Source: Segatella salivae DSM 15606 | GTDB lineage: Bacteria > Bacteroidota > Bacteroidia > Bacteroidales > Bacteroidaceae | Assembly (NCBI RefSeq): GCF_000185845.1 | Contig: NZ_GL629647.1 | Location: 580,471 to 611,560, forward strand | Reading direction: 5' to 3' | DNA length: 31,090 bases | In this document: piece by piece, positions 16,901 to 25,738 of the stretch | Numbering within the stretch: position 1 is the stretch's first letter | How the letters are laid out: every line of letters starts with the position of its first letter | Notes under the pieces: generated by a model | Databases searched by the model: none | Seen by the model: the letters and a program-made list of their open reading frames with translations, nothing else | What the model was told of the DNA's origin: nothing | Made by a program: the position numbers and the translations under genes

Positions 16901-17674
16901 CGAATTTTCTTTGTAAGTCTATGGAATAAAACACTAAATGTTTTCAAATCACGGAGGGAAAAGAAATTAGGTGCAAATGAATTGCAGGGCTTTAATATGA
17001 AGAACTAATGCAAAACAAAATCTTTTTCAATATTGTTATAAGTAACTAATAATCAATACATAAAACAATATCCTGTAAATTATTAAATGAAAGTAAATTA
17101 ACCTGTTTATAAAACCACTTGAATCACGCTGTAAACTGACTGGTTTTACCTCTTGAAATGCATGGTTTTGCAGAGCAAAATGGCTGTGTTTATCACAAAG
17201 AGTGCGCCTTTCTACAAGTTAACGCAATCTAAAACTCCACATAAGAACAAGAGAAAGATAAACAAAAGGCTAAGAATGAAACTTCTACTCTCCATTAAAT
17301 AAAAGCATGGAACAACAGAAAATATATTGTTTACGCTATAAAAGAGCGTTGAGATTAAATCTTTATCATGGCAAAACTACAATGATAAGGGATAAGAAAA
17401 AAGCAGTCCCGGAATCACTTCCAAAACTGCATTATCTTATGATTTGAAATTTCATTGTTGAGTGATTACTCACTCTTTGTTATCCACAATCTTTAATTTT
17501 ACCTAAAAACTAATACTTTTCAAAATCACAATCTTTAAACCTAATAACTAAAAACCTAAACAATCTATTAACCTTTTGTGAGTGCAAAGTTAAACAAGAT
17601 GTGAGGAACATCCAAACGATTGAATATTTATTATCAATAAATTCCGTTTTTATTGATTTATATCAAAATAGGTC

Positions 17675-18298
17675 TTATAAGATAGATTGCATCACTTCTT
17701 GTGTCCAATCTTGTCCATTTATAGCTAAGATTGTATGAATGCCTAATTTGTTTGCAGCTTCTACATTGCGTGGGCTGTCATCGATGAACAATACTTCATT
17801 GCCATTTATCCCCTCCTTTTCAAGGATATATTCGAAAAATTTCAATGAAGGTTTCAAGGTTTTCATTTGATAACTCACATAAAGTTCATCCAAATAGTGA
17901 CGTATACCATTGCCTTTTCCATCGAAATCACTACTATCAACCCACGACATCATGAATGAGTTTGTATTGCTTGCCAAGGCTGTTCGTATTTTCATTTGAC
18001 GCAAATGCAACAATAAATCAAGATTACGTTGAGGTAAAAATGTGGCATATCCTAACCAAGCATGCCTACATTCATTCCAGGAAATAGGTCTTTTTGCCTC
18101 TTCAGAAAGCTGAATCAGGAACTCTTTATCACTAATTTCTCCCTCTTCTAACGCACCAAAATAGCCCGTTTGTGTATACATATTAAGACGTTCTTCAGCA
18201 TCCTTGAGTCCTAAATGTGAAAAGCGTTTCACAGCTTCTAAACGATTACTGGTGTAAATAACGCCACCTAAATCAAACAAAATCAAACGTAGTTTCAT
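17675..18298 (-). CDS. HAD-superfamily hydrolase
   Basis: Motif I LILFDLGGVIY, C-terminal LFIDDSPRNVEAANKLGIHTI. The start overlaps the upstream gene by 4 nt. Confidence 0.7.
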   Translation of the reverse strand: MKLRLILFDLGGVIYTSNRLEAVKRFSHLGLKDAEERLNMYTQTGYFGALEEGEISDKEFLIQLSEEAKRPISWNECRHAWLGYATFLPQRNLDLLLHLRQMKIRTALASNTNSFMMSWVDSSDFDGKGNGIRHYLDELYVSYQMKTLKPSLKFFEYILEKEGINGNEVLFIDDSPRNVEAANKLGIHTILAINGQDWTQEVMQSIL

Positions 18299-19410
18299 GC
18301 TTTTGGATTTTGAACTATTTTAAATAATGTACCTGTTGGGCAAACAAATCTGCAATAAGGATGAGGAACAAAGACGGAAAGAATGACCACAATCACGCCT
18401 AACACCAATACAACAGCAGAGGCGCTATGCAATATAAACGCAGAGAACACCTCGTAATCCATCCATTGGAATCCGATTCCGAGTAACATCATCATTGTTA
18501 AAACAGCCCACAAGGTATCACGAAAACGCTCCAAACTCTTTACTGTTTCGGCCTTCATCTTCCATTTTCTACGTTTATTGGTTTTGCCAAGTAATTCTTG
18601 AAGCGACCCACAAGGACAGATATGGTTGCAATAATAGTTTTTCTTTCCAAAGAAAGGATAAATGAAAGCCGTAATTAACATAATCACCGGAGTCACAGAT
18701 ACCCATAAGTTTATGCCATTAGACATGTATCCTACCATAAGAGAATAAGAGATAAAAGTGCCACACCAAAAGCCAAGTACACCAACGTTCAGTATCATTT
18801 GAATAGTTCGATAGGTCTTATTATGATAAAATAAAGGCACAATAGCAGCCATAAGTACCACAATTAATCCTGCAATAGTTTCCAAATTGAGATTCATTTT
18901 ATCAATAAAACTCTTCTCATATACATGCTTAGAAGCATATTGAAGACCTCGTTCCACGTTACCAATAATACCTCTCGATGAGAAGGTTGCACCACTAACA
19001 GCGTCAACTTTCAACTGTTGTGCCTGATCAATTGTCTTGCCATTCCAAGCTGAAAGCAGTCTACTTGCCTCACTAAAGAAGTCGGGGGTCTCATGGTTTT
19101 TCAATGCAATGATACGCTGAATCCTGTTATTTTTAATATAAATTTCTAAGGGAACGTTTCCACCATAGCCTGTAACATCTTTGGCAAGTGATGTGGTATT
19201 GACCACTGTAAAGCCGTCAGCAGTATGACGAATCACGTCATCATTCATGCTTTTAACTATGGAATCATTTGGTAAAGTACGAACTTTATGCCCAAAAACC
19301 TGACCATCTCGCACCACAGCTATTACCGCCATAGCAATAAAACAAACGATGAATGATGCAACCTGTCTAAGCTTCTTATTTTCTATTTTCATTGTTATCA
19401 CACTTAACAA
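18295..19410 (-). CDS. Membrane protein with an extracytoplasmic FMN-binding domain and C-terminal CX3CP (ferredoxin-like, NosR/NapH-type) motifs
   Basis: N-terminal TM, then the flavinylation-type motif DAVSGATFSSRGI. A polytopic region follows, with CNHICPCGS and CRFVCPTG. Confidence 0.6.
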   Translation of the reverse strand: MLSVITMKIENKKLRQVASFIVCFIAMAVIAVVRDGQVFGHKVRTLPNDSIVKSMNDDVIRHTADGFTVVNTTSLAKDVTGYGGNVPLEIYIKNNRIQRIIALKNHETPDFFSEASRLLSAWNGKTIDQAQQLKVDAVSGATFSSRGIIGNVERGLQYASKHVYEKSFIDKMNLNLETIAGLIVVLMAAIVPLFYHNKTYRTIQMILNVGVLGFWCGTFISYSLMVGYMSNGINLWVSVTPVIMLITAFIYPFFGKKNYYCNHICPCGSLQELLGKTNKRRKWKMKAETVKSLERFRDTLWAVLTMMMLLGIGFQWMDYEVFSAFILHSASAVVLVLGVIVVILSVFVPHPYCRFVCPTGTLFKIVQNPKA

Positions 19411-19474
19411 TGTGTAAAATTACAAATTAAAATAAATTTTGGAAGATAAAAAACTCCTTTTTAATATTAATTAG

Positions 19475-19482
19475 TATCTTTG
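19475..19482 (+). promoter_or_regulatory. -7 element TAtcTTTG immediately upstream of the DUF488 gene (probably leaderless)
   Basis: tatctttg ends 5 nt before ATG 19488. Confidence 0.4.
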
Positions 19483-19487
19483 CTTTT

Positions 19488-19859
19488 ATGAAAGAATTAA
19501 GGATAAAACGTATTTATGAAGCCATCGAAGAACAAGATGGTTATCGTGTTTTGACAGACAGATTGTGGCCGAGAGGCATAGCAAAAGCTAAGGCTGCTAT
19601 CGACCTTTGGGAGAAAACTGTTGCTCCTTCAACAGAACTTAGGGAATGGTTCGGGCATATTCCTGAAAGGTTTCCAGAGTTCACAGAACGCTATTTGCAA
19701 GAACTTGAAGATAATTCTGACGCAACCAAGTTTGTTGAACTCTGTCAAAAACAACTCGAAAAGAGTAATGTTACCTTATTATATGGTGCCAAAGATGAAG
19801 TTCATAACCAAGCCGTTGTGTTGCAAAACTTCATTAACAAGCATCTAAGAACAAAATAA
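19488..19859 (+). CDS. DUF488-family protein
   Basis: MKELRIKRIYE…YRVLTDRLWPRGIAKAKAAIDLWEKTVAPSTELREWFGH matches the DUF488 N-terminal signature as remembered. Confidence 0.6.
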   Translation: MKELRIKRIYEAIEEQDGYRVLTDRLWPRGIAKAKAAIDLWEKTVAPSTELREWFGHIPERFPEFTERYLQELEDNSDATKFVELCQKQLEKSNVTLLYGAKDEVHNQAVVLQNFINKHLRTK

Positions 19860-20471
19860 AGCTATCAACATGGGAATGCTAACTTCAAGTATTAACCCAT
19901 GAAATATGGCGACGGGTATTATTCGTTTATCGCCTGAAGCATTAAGAATTGAAGGCAGACAAACATCCATTGAACTGATACCTGCTGTCGAAATAGCTGC
20001 TAAACTCCCTCCTTTTAGAGTAAAGAAACGGCATCCAAACAAAGAAAGTAGCTCGCGAGCAACGTTCGTAAGCAATGCAATTGTAGCCAATTGTGTTGCT
20101 TGTGTAGCCCCTACTGTTATTGTTTTTAGCTGTGCAATCAATACAGATGACAACGAATAATAACCGAAACCACTTCCTATTGCCATTATATCTGAGAGCT
20201 CATGTGTATTGAAAAGGAAGAAAGCTAAAGCCGTAAAGACTAATGTTCCAACTATAGTACAAGCGGGTAATAGGAACATTTTCAAGTTAATTGAACGTAA
20301 CATCTTCCCTAAATTGTCCATAGATCCCACGCCAATTCCAACCTGAATGATTAGCGCAGACAATACAATCATAGGCAAAGATGGGTTGAGTAACCACTCC
20401 GGAGCTATATCAAAAGCTCCAACTCCGATTCCAACAATCAACGCAAACAATAGGGAGAGATTATCTTTCAT
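19845..20471 (-). CDS. LysO/YbjE-family (DUF340) membrane protein, large part
   Basis: Start trimmed to MKDNLSLLFALIVGIGVGAF. Multi-TM, Gly/Ala-rich helices typical of lysine-exporter LysO. Confidence 0.55.
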   Translation of the reverse strand: MKDNLSLLFALIVGIGVGAFDIAPEWLLNPSLPMIVLSALIIQVGIGVGSMDNLGKMLRSINLKMFLLPACTIVGTLVFTALAFFLFNTHELSDIMAIGSGFGYYSLSSVLIAQLKTITVGATQATQLATIALLTNVARELLSLFGCRFFTLKGGSLAAISTAGISSMDVCLPSILNASGDKRIIPVAIFHGLILEVSIPMLIALFCS

Positions 20472-20748
20472 TGTTATTTTGTTCTTTATTATTAATGAAG
20501 CGATTAAACATATAAGCCGTTCCAAAACTGCCAATCATACCTAAAACAGCTATAACAAAAGCCTGCCAACCAAAATAACCAATATTAGAAATGAGGTCAT
20601 GATTAGCACCTATCGAAACACCGAATATGAAAAGAAGAACTATTATGGTATAATGTGCGGTGTGATCTACCTTTTGTATTCCACGAATATTACGCAGTAA
20701 ATACCCTATTCCAACACCAAGCAACAGCAGAAAAAGTATCTTGAACAT
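20461..20748 (-). CDS. LysO-family small N-terminal partner membrane protein
   Basis: 95 aa with 3 TM. Overlaps the downstream LysO gene by 11 nt, a common split arrangement. Confidence 0.5.
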   Translation of the reverse strand: MFKILFLLLLGVGIGYLLRNIRGIQKVDHTAHYTIIVLLFIFGVSIGANHDLISNIGYFGWQAFVIAVLGMIGSFGTAYMFNRFINNKEQNNNER

Positions 20749-20773
20749 GTCTATTTAATCTGTTTGTTTGATG

Positions 20774-20781
20774 CAAAGGTA
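20774..20781 (-). promoter_or_regulatory. -7 element (minus-strand TAccTTTG) for the lysO pair
   Basis: The plus strand reads caaaggta, 26 bp upstream of start 20748. Perfect palindromes lie upstream: ttaattgatt/aatcaattaa about 20836-20859, and gtttgata/tatcaaac about 20967-20985. Confidence 0.45.
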
Positions 20782-20923
20782 TTAAATTATGCCCTAATCC
20801 AACATCATATTTATGCATTTTTTAATCATATTGCCACTTAATTGATTTGAATCAATTACATAAACGAGTTAAAATCTACAAGTTATATACTTTATTTCGC
20901 ATTAAGGTTACTATCACGCAAAA

Positions 20924-20953
20924 AGGAGATACACACAAAATGTATCTCCTTTT
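20924..20953. terminator. Bidirectional terminator hairpin downstream of the zinc-ribbon gene
   Basis: aggagataca (20924-20933) pairs with tgtatctcct (20941-20950). aaaa precedes it and ttt follows. Confidence 0.7.
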
Positions 20954-21068
20954 AATATAATATCACCGTTTGATAGATTATCAAACTCAATATGAATATT
21001 ACTTTATAATTAAATTCTTGCTTACTTTTTATACTACATTATAAAACAAAGCATGATACGCATTGCAA

Positions 21069-22427
21069 TTATTCAATAGTATATTCAGTTGATAATTCTG
21101 CGCCTTTTTCCCATTTCCCTGTCGCAATATCAAAGCCATAAGCATGCATATCATCATAGGTATTACGACGATTACGCTTTCCTATAATCCAAATCACATT
21201 GCCTACACGCTCTCCTCCAACCACTTCTGAGAAGCGATCTAACACTTGAGTCCAAAGGATTTTCCCCGTTTTATCATACAATCTAAACATAGACCGAGCG
21301 TCAGATGCCAAAGAAGGATTAAAATATATCAACGCATAATGTGCATCTTGATAAATAAACTGCCCATTAAATCCAACAAACCAATCGGTCATTGGGGTTG
21401 CACTTACAAACCTTCCACCACGATCTGAAGAGAAAGTACCATAAAACCAATCATAAAAAACAAAGTCCTGAGGGTCTCCTAAGTGGTATTTGGCATGAAT
21501 ATTCCATAATCTCAGCAGTCCTTTTCGGTCTGTATTATTGTTTGGTGACTTACTAATCAGCTGCCAATACAATGTATCTCGCACTTCCCCATTTAGTTGA
21601 GAAGGCGGTAATTGCCTTGCATAATTAAAGGCTTCTTCGGTATATAAACGATTCGTTGCAGGGAAATAATAGTAGCTTTCCGCTATATTATTCTCCACCT
21701 TAAAGCCTTCTCCATCAGCTGGATAGATGAATTTAATCGATGCTATGCCGGTATTCATAGCCTGCTTACCCTTAAAGAATGACTGAGAAACATCTGTTAT
21801 TGTTAACGATGCAGGATTAACCTCATAAACAAAGCGGCCTGCTACGACTAAATACCAGTGCTTAGCTTGCTTTAAATAGCTTAGTTCTGTGTCTGAAGTT
21901 GGACTAATAGACTGTTTATCTGCATCGTCTTCAGACATAAAAAGCTGTTCTTTGAGCACCTTACCAGTAATTGCATCGCGGAAACCCATATAGTAACCAT
22001 TTACATACTTCGACCCCGTTGAGCTGTAATTTGTATTAAAATTGCGCTCAACAAGATAGAAAATACAAGGTTTTCCTTTATTATTCATCGGCGAAACGAG
22101 GGTATACAAGTCGCGAACAGTTGTCGAAGAGCTGCTATCCGATGAGCTTCCACTACTTGAAGTCGTAAGGAAAATTGCGATAACAAAGACTACTATCAAC
22201 GGCACCACTACTGCACCGATTGCAAGTTTGATGCCTGTTGATAAGTCATTATTCAAAAAATTGGATGACTGAAAATCGTAATGATGATTCACATTAACGT
22301 TAATATCGTCATCATCAAGGAAGAATTCAGTCCCACAATTTAAGCATCTATATCGCTTTTCGTCTAATTGTTCATGCTTCTCACTACCACATTGTGGACA
22401 TTTTACAGCCTTTATTCGTGTTGCCAT
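21069..22427 (-). CDS. Zinc-ribbon membrane protein: N-terminal CxxC…CxxC ribbon, one TM, Ser-rich linker, about 350-aa aromatic-rich ectodomain
   Basis: CPQCGSEKHEQLDEKRYRCLNCGTEF; TM IKLAIGAVVVPLIVVFVIAIFL; linker SSSGSSSDSSSSTT. Third gene of a translationally coupled operon. Confidence 0.6.
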   Translation of the reverse strand: MATRIKAVKCPQCGSEKHEQLDEKRYRCLNCGTEFFLDDDDINVNVNHHYDFQSSNFLNNDLSTGIKLAIGAVVVPLIVVFVIAIFLTTSSSGSSSDSSSSTTVRDLYTLVSPMNNKGKPCIFYLVERNFNTNYSSTGSKYVNGYYMGFRDAITGKVLKEQLFMSEDDADKQSISPTSDTELSYLKQAKHWYLVVAGRFVYEVNPASLTITDVSQSFFKGKQAMNTGIASIKFIYPADGEGFKVENNIAESYYYFPATNRLYTEEAFNYARQLPPSQLNGEVRDTLYWQLISKSPNNNTDRKGLLRLWNIHAKYHLGDPQDFVFYDWFYGTFSSDRGGRFVSATPMTDWFVGFNGQFIYQDAHYALIYFNPSLASDARSMFRLYDKTGKILWTQVLDRFSEVVGGERVGNVIWIIGKRNRRNTYDDMHAYGFDIATGKWEKGAELSTEYTIE

Positions 22428-22434
22428 AAGTGCT

Positions 22435-22773
22435 TTAAGCCTTCTTTGAGTAATAAATTGCCAAGAACAACAATATAGCTTGAACAGCTGTTAGAATGAC
22501 AACACTCAACAACCACCAGTTATTTTCCCATTGTTCTGGGGCAAAGAATCCTGTGATGAACTCTAAAGCGCCAACACCTGCAAAGATAAAACCTAAAGTT
22601 AAACGATGAGTACTCTCTGCATTTCCTACAAATGAGCCAGCAAGTAGCAATCCATTAAGAATAATTGCCAAGCTCGTAAAGAGAAAATTCGTTGGAGAAT
22701 AAGCAGTTATCAGTAATCCCGCAAGAAGATTGGCGACTAATATTATAACAGAAATAACTAAAATTCTTTTCAT
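22435..22773 (-). CDS. Small 4-TM membrane protein
   Basis: 112 aa with four hydrophobic helices. Its ATG overlaps the upstream stop (ATGA), and it ends 7 nt before the downstream gene. Confidence 0.55.
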   Translation of the reverse strand: MKRILVISVIILVANLLAGLLITAYSPTNFLFTSLAIILNGLLLAGSFVGNAESTHRLTLGFIFAGVGALEFITGFFAPEQWENNWWLLSVVILTAVQAILLFLAIYYSKKA

Positions 22774-23780
22774 AATTTCTCTAATATTTCATTCTTTTTC
22801 TTTGTAAATTCCTCTTCAGAAATTAACTGGGCATCAAAAAGTTGCTTTAATTGTGTCAGGCGAGTTGCAGCATCTGGCATTGCAACCTCTTGCGAAACAT
22901 TAGCATCACTCTTCGTATTGAAGAATTCTTTTGCCAATTGAACCCCTGCACCTACTTGCAAACCAGCTCCTGCAAGACCGCCTTCTGTGCGCACTGCATC
23001 GCGTAAAGCAGCCAACTTTTGAACGCCAGCATAATCTAAATCAACTTCAGACGCAGCACGTTTCTCTGCTGTCATATCTGCAATCTTACCGATTCGCTCA
23101 AGTGTACTCTCATCAAATGTAACTGAATCTATACGGAAATCTGTCAGCACAAAACCCAAACGTTCTAACTCTTCGGTTGTACGCGCTTTCAAATCTGCCG
23201 ATAATTCAAGCAAATGTTTATCTACTTCAGTATAAGGATAGCTTTTTTCGGCTAAGAAAGAAGTTAGTGGTGCAACGATACGTGAAGACACTAATTCGCG
23301 CACATCGCGTGCCGTATAGTCAGAAACCGAACCCAACAACGTTGTGAACATTGTCTCAGCGTCACCAATTTTAACAGAGAAGTTACCACAAGCTCCCAGT
23401 GCAACAGGAATATTATAGTTGGGTTCCATGTATTTTACAGGTGTAGCTGTGCCCCAAAGTACATTTACCAATTCTGCCGTACGGAAGAAATAGAACCGCA
23501 TTTTGTGCTCACTCTCAAAGTTTTGTGCCAGATTGAGCAACGTGGTGATAAACGGATGGTTATCTGATTGAAGTTCATACGTGCCTTGTTCTGTTAGTAC
23601 TGACTTCACCTTTCCATCATAAACTAAAAGACAACCTTGGCCTGGTGCAACAATAAGTTTACTTGAGTTTTTGATTTCATCGGTAGTAGTTGCCATTCGA
23701 TGGAACAGGATATTCATGTCTTGTTCTTTCCACTCAATGACTGAACGCAATTGCTTTCTAAAAGGATTCCTTATATTCAT
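22770..23780 (-). CDS. SPFH/band-7 (stomatin/prohibitin-like) domain protein with a C-terminal SHOCT-like short helical domain
   Basis: Start trimmed to ATG 23780 (MNIRNPF…); the 23810 start is a TTG. Band-7 core, then a coiled Ala/Glu-rich region and the terminal LKQLFDAQLISEEEFTKKKNEILEKL (SHOCT-like). Confidence 0.65.
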   Translation of the reverse strand: MNIRNPFRKQLRSVIEWKEQDMNILFHRMATTTDEIKNSSKLIVAPGQGCLLVYDGKVKSVLTEQGTYELQSDNHPFITTLLNLAQNFESEHKMRFYFFRTAELVNVLWGTATPVKYMEPNYNIPVALGACGNFSVKIGDAETMFTTLLGSVSDYTARDVRELVSSRIVAPLTSFLAEKSYPYTEVDKHLLELSADLKARTTEELERLGFVLTDFRIDSVTFDESTLERIGKIADMTAEKRAASEVDLDYAGVQKLAALRDAVRTEGGLAGAGLQVGAGVQLAKEFFNTKSDANVSQEVAMPDAATRLTQLKQLFDAQLISEEEFTKKKNEILEKL

Positions 23781-23852
23781 AGGTGTTAGCTTTAATCTAT
23801 GTGCACACAAAATGCATGCACTGTATTCTTAAAAGTTTTCGACAAAGTTAAG

Positions 23853-23860
23853 TAAATATT
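23853..23860 (-). promoter_or_regulatory. -7 element (minus-strand TAacTTTG) for the SPFH operon
   Basis: The plus strand reads caaagtta, 73 bp upstream of ATG 23780. Confidence 0.4.
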
Positions 23861-24367
23861 CTTAAACCTGAAGAAATATCATTCATTTTTTTTCATTTTA
23901 TATGAAAGTATATAACTCTTTCTCGTTTGATTTATGAGAACTAAACACTTAAAACATGATACACTTGAGTATAAATAAGATAATAGAATCAGTAAATATC
24001 GTATCTAATTGCACATACTTTATTACGACATAAAAGAGGTAGAGCGATTCGATTCAATTGTAGGATTTCGCCCTTTCCATAGTCTTAATCATCTCATTTT
24101 AAGGCTTTGGCGGTTTAATAGCTATCACTTGGCATTGCGGTTTGCATCATTTTACCGCACAATATACGTCATTTTATCGTGTAAAACAAGTTTAATCACA
24201 CGACCATTTGCATCAAAAGTATAGCTCAAGCAAAAGAGCTACGCTTTTATATGAATAGAAAAGAAAAGAGCTTATTAAACACTCTGACGCTCGAGGCCCC
24301 ATTTTTCATGGGCTATAACATCACATCTCTGCGCATGGTATACCTCTCCTTAAAGAAAGGATAGGGG

Positions 24368-24712
24368 TTAAAGCTTATTCCCTTCTTTGGGAAATACAAC
24401 AATAGGACTATAGTTTTTTGCTTCTTCGAAATCCATAAGTGCATAAGCAATGATAATCACCACGTCACCAACTTGAACTTTACGTGCCGCAGCTCCATTC
24501 AAACAAACACACCCCGACCCACGTTTGCCTTTAATGATATACGTTTCAAAGCGCTCACCATTATTGTTATTGACAATCTGAACCTTTTCCCCCGCAATAA
24601 GATTTGCCGCATCCATCAGATCTTCGTCTATTGTAATGCTCCCCATATAGTTTAGATTTGCCTCTGTAACCGTGGCACAATGGAGTTTACTTTTCAACAC
24701 TTCGATCATCAT
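24368..24712 (-). CDS. panD: Aspartate 1-decarboxylase (pyruvoyl-dependent proenzyme)
   Basis: [28 protein letters not shown]… with the Gly-Ser self-cleavage site and the conserved LNGAAAR region. Confidence 0.9.
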   Translation of the reverse strand: MMIEVLKSKLHCATVTEANLNYMGSITIDEDLMDAANLIAGEKVQIVNNNNGERFETYIIKGKRGSGCVCLNGAAARKVQVGDVVIIIAYALMDFEEAKNYSPIVVFPKEGNKL

Positions 24713-24713
24713 T

Positions 24714-25571
24714 TCATTTTCCCTTTCTATATCTTATATGGTCAATGAGACGTATAGGAGTCATTCCGCAATAGACTGTTATACATCCAACAACCCCATG
24801 TTCTGACGTCCAATCATCAACCGCCAATAACGTTTTACCATCTACAATCTCAAAATATTCAACCTCAAGTCCGTCAATCGCATTTATTTCGGCTACGACT
24901 TTATCATGCGTTTCCTCAACAGAATGAGTCTTGGAATAATCCAAACTATCTTTTAATGCTTGATAAATTGCTGGAGCAATAGCCCGTTCTTCCTTCGTCA
25001 GCAGCTTGTTACGGCTACTCATTGCCAAGCCATCCGCTTCTCGAATTATCGGACATTCTACAATCGTTATATTGCTATTCATATAATCTACAAGTTGTTT
25101 GATGACCGCAATCTGCTGCCAATCTTTCTCTCCAAAATAGGCATTATCAGGGGCTACGATAGTAAATAAGCGACTAACAACCTGACACACCCCATTGAAA
25201 TGTCCAGGACGACGCGCTCCTTCCATCACCGTTGTAACAGGAGGGAACTCAAACACACGCGTGTCGGGCTCGGGATAAATCTCTTCTACGGCAGGTGCAA
25301 AAACATAATCTGCACCACAAGCTTCAGCCAGACGAACATCTTCATCCAATGTTTTGGGATAACGTTCAAGGTCAGCCTTATCATTAAACTGAGTAGGATT
25401 AAGGAACACCGAGACAACAGTAATGTCATTGTCTTGTACACTGCGTTTAATCAGCGAGGCATGTCCCTCGTGTAAAGCCCCCATCGTGGGCACAAAACCT
25501 ATACTCTTGTCTGCATTTCGCGCGGCATTGAGTTCGTTTTGAAGTTCAACAATCTTTTTTTCGACTTTCAT
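24714..25571 (-). CDS. panC: Pantoate--beta-alanine ligase
   Basis: Start trimmed to [10 protein letters not shown]…. The HIGH-like motif [11 protein letters not shown]. Confidence 0.85.
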   Translation of the reverse strand: MKVEKKIVELQNELNAARNADKSIGFVPTMGALHEGHASLIKRSVQDNDITVVSVFLNPTQFNDKADLERYPKTLDEDVRLAEACGADYVFAPAVEEIYPEPDTRVFEFPPVTTVMEGARRPGHFNGVCQVVSRLFTIVAPDNAYFGEKDWQQIAVIKQLVDYMNSNITIVECPIIREADGLAMSSRNKLLTKEERAIAPAIYQALKDSLDYSKTHSVEETHDKVVAEINAIDGLEVEYFEIVDGKTLLAVDDWTSEHGVVGCITVYCGMTPIRLIDHIRYRKGK

Positions 25572-25706
25572 TTTCTTTATCCAAATCGGGCCACAAAATA
25601 ACAACTTTTTTCTTAAATAAGAAAGAATAATTATAAAAATATGCGAATTAATAAGCGCATTTGAGCCTTTATAGACAATTTTCTAATTTATTTCGTGTTT
25701 TTTTTA

Positions 25707-25714
25707 TACCTTTG
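25707..25714 (+). promoter_or_regulatory. -7 element TAccTTTG for the GT5 gene
   Basis: tacctttg lies 25 bp upstream of ATG 25739. Confidence 0.5.
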
Positions 25715-25738
25715 TGGCACTCAAATTTGAAAAAAGAC

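Noticed and set aside
24009-24224. 71-aa plus-strand ORF in the panD–SPFH spacer
   Set aside because: No motif, odd composition, and it sits in an AT-rich promoter/terminator spacer. Treated as non-coding.
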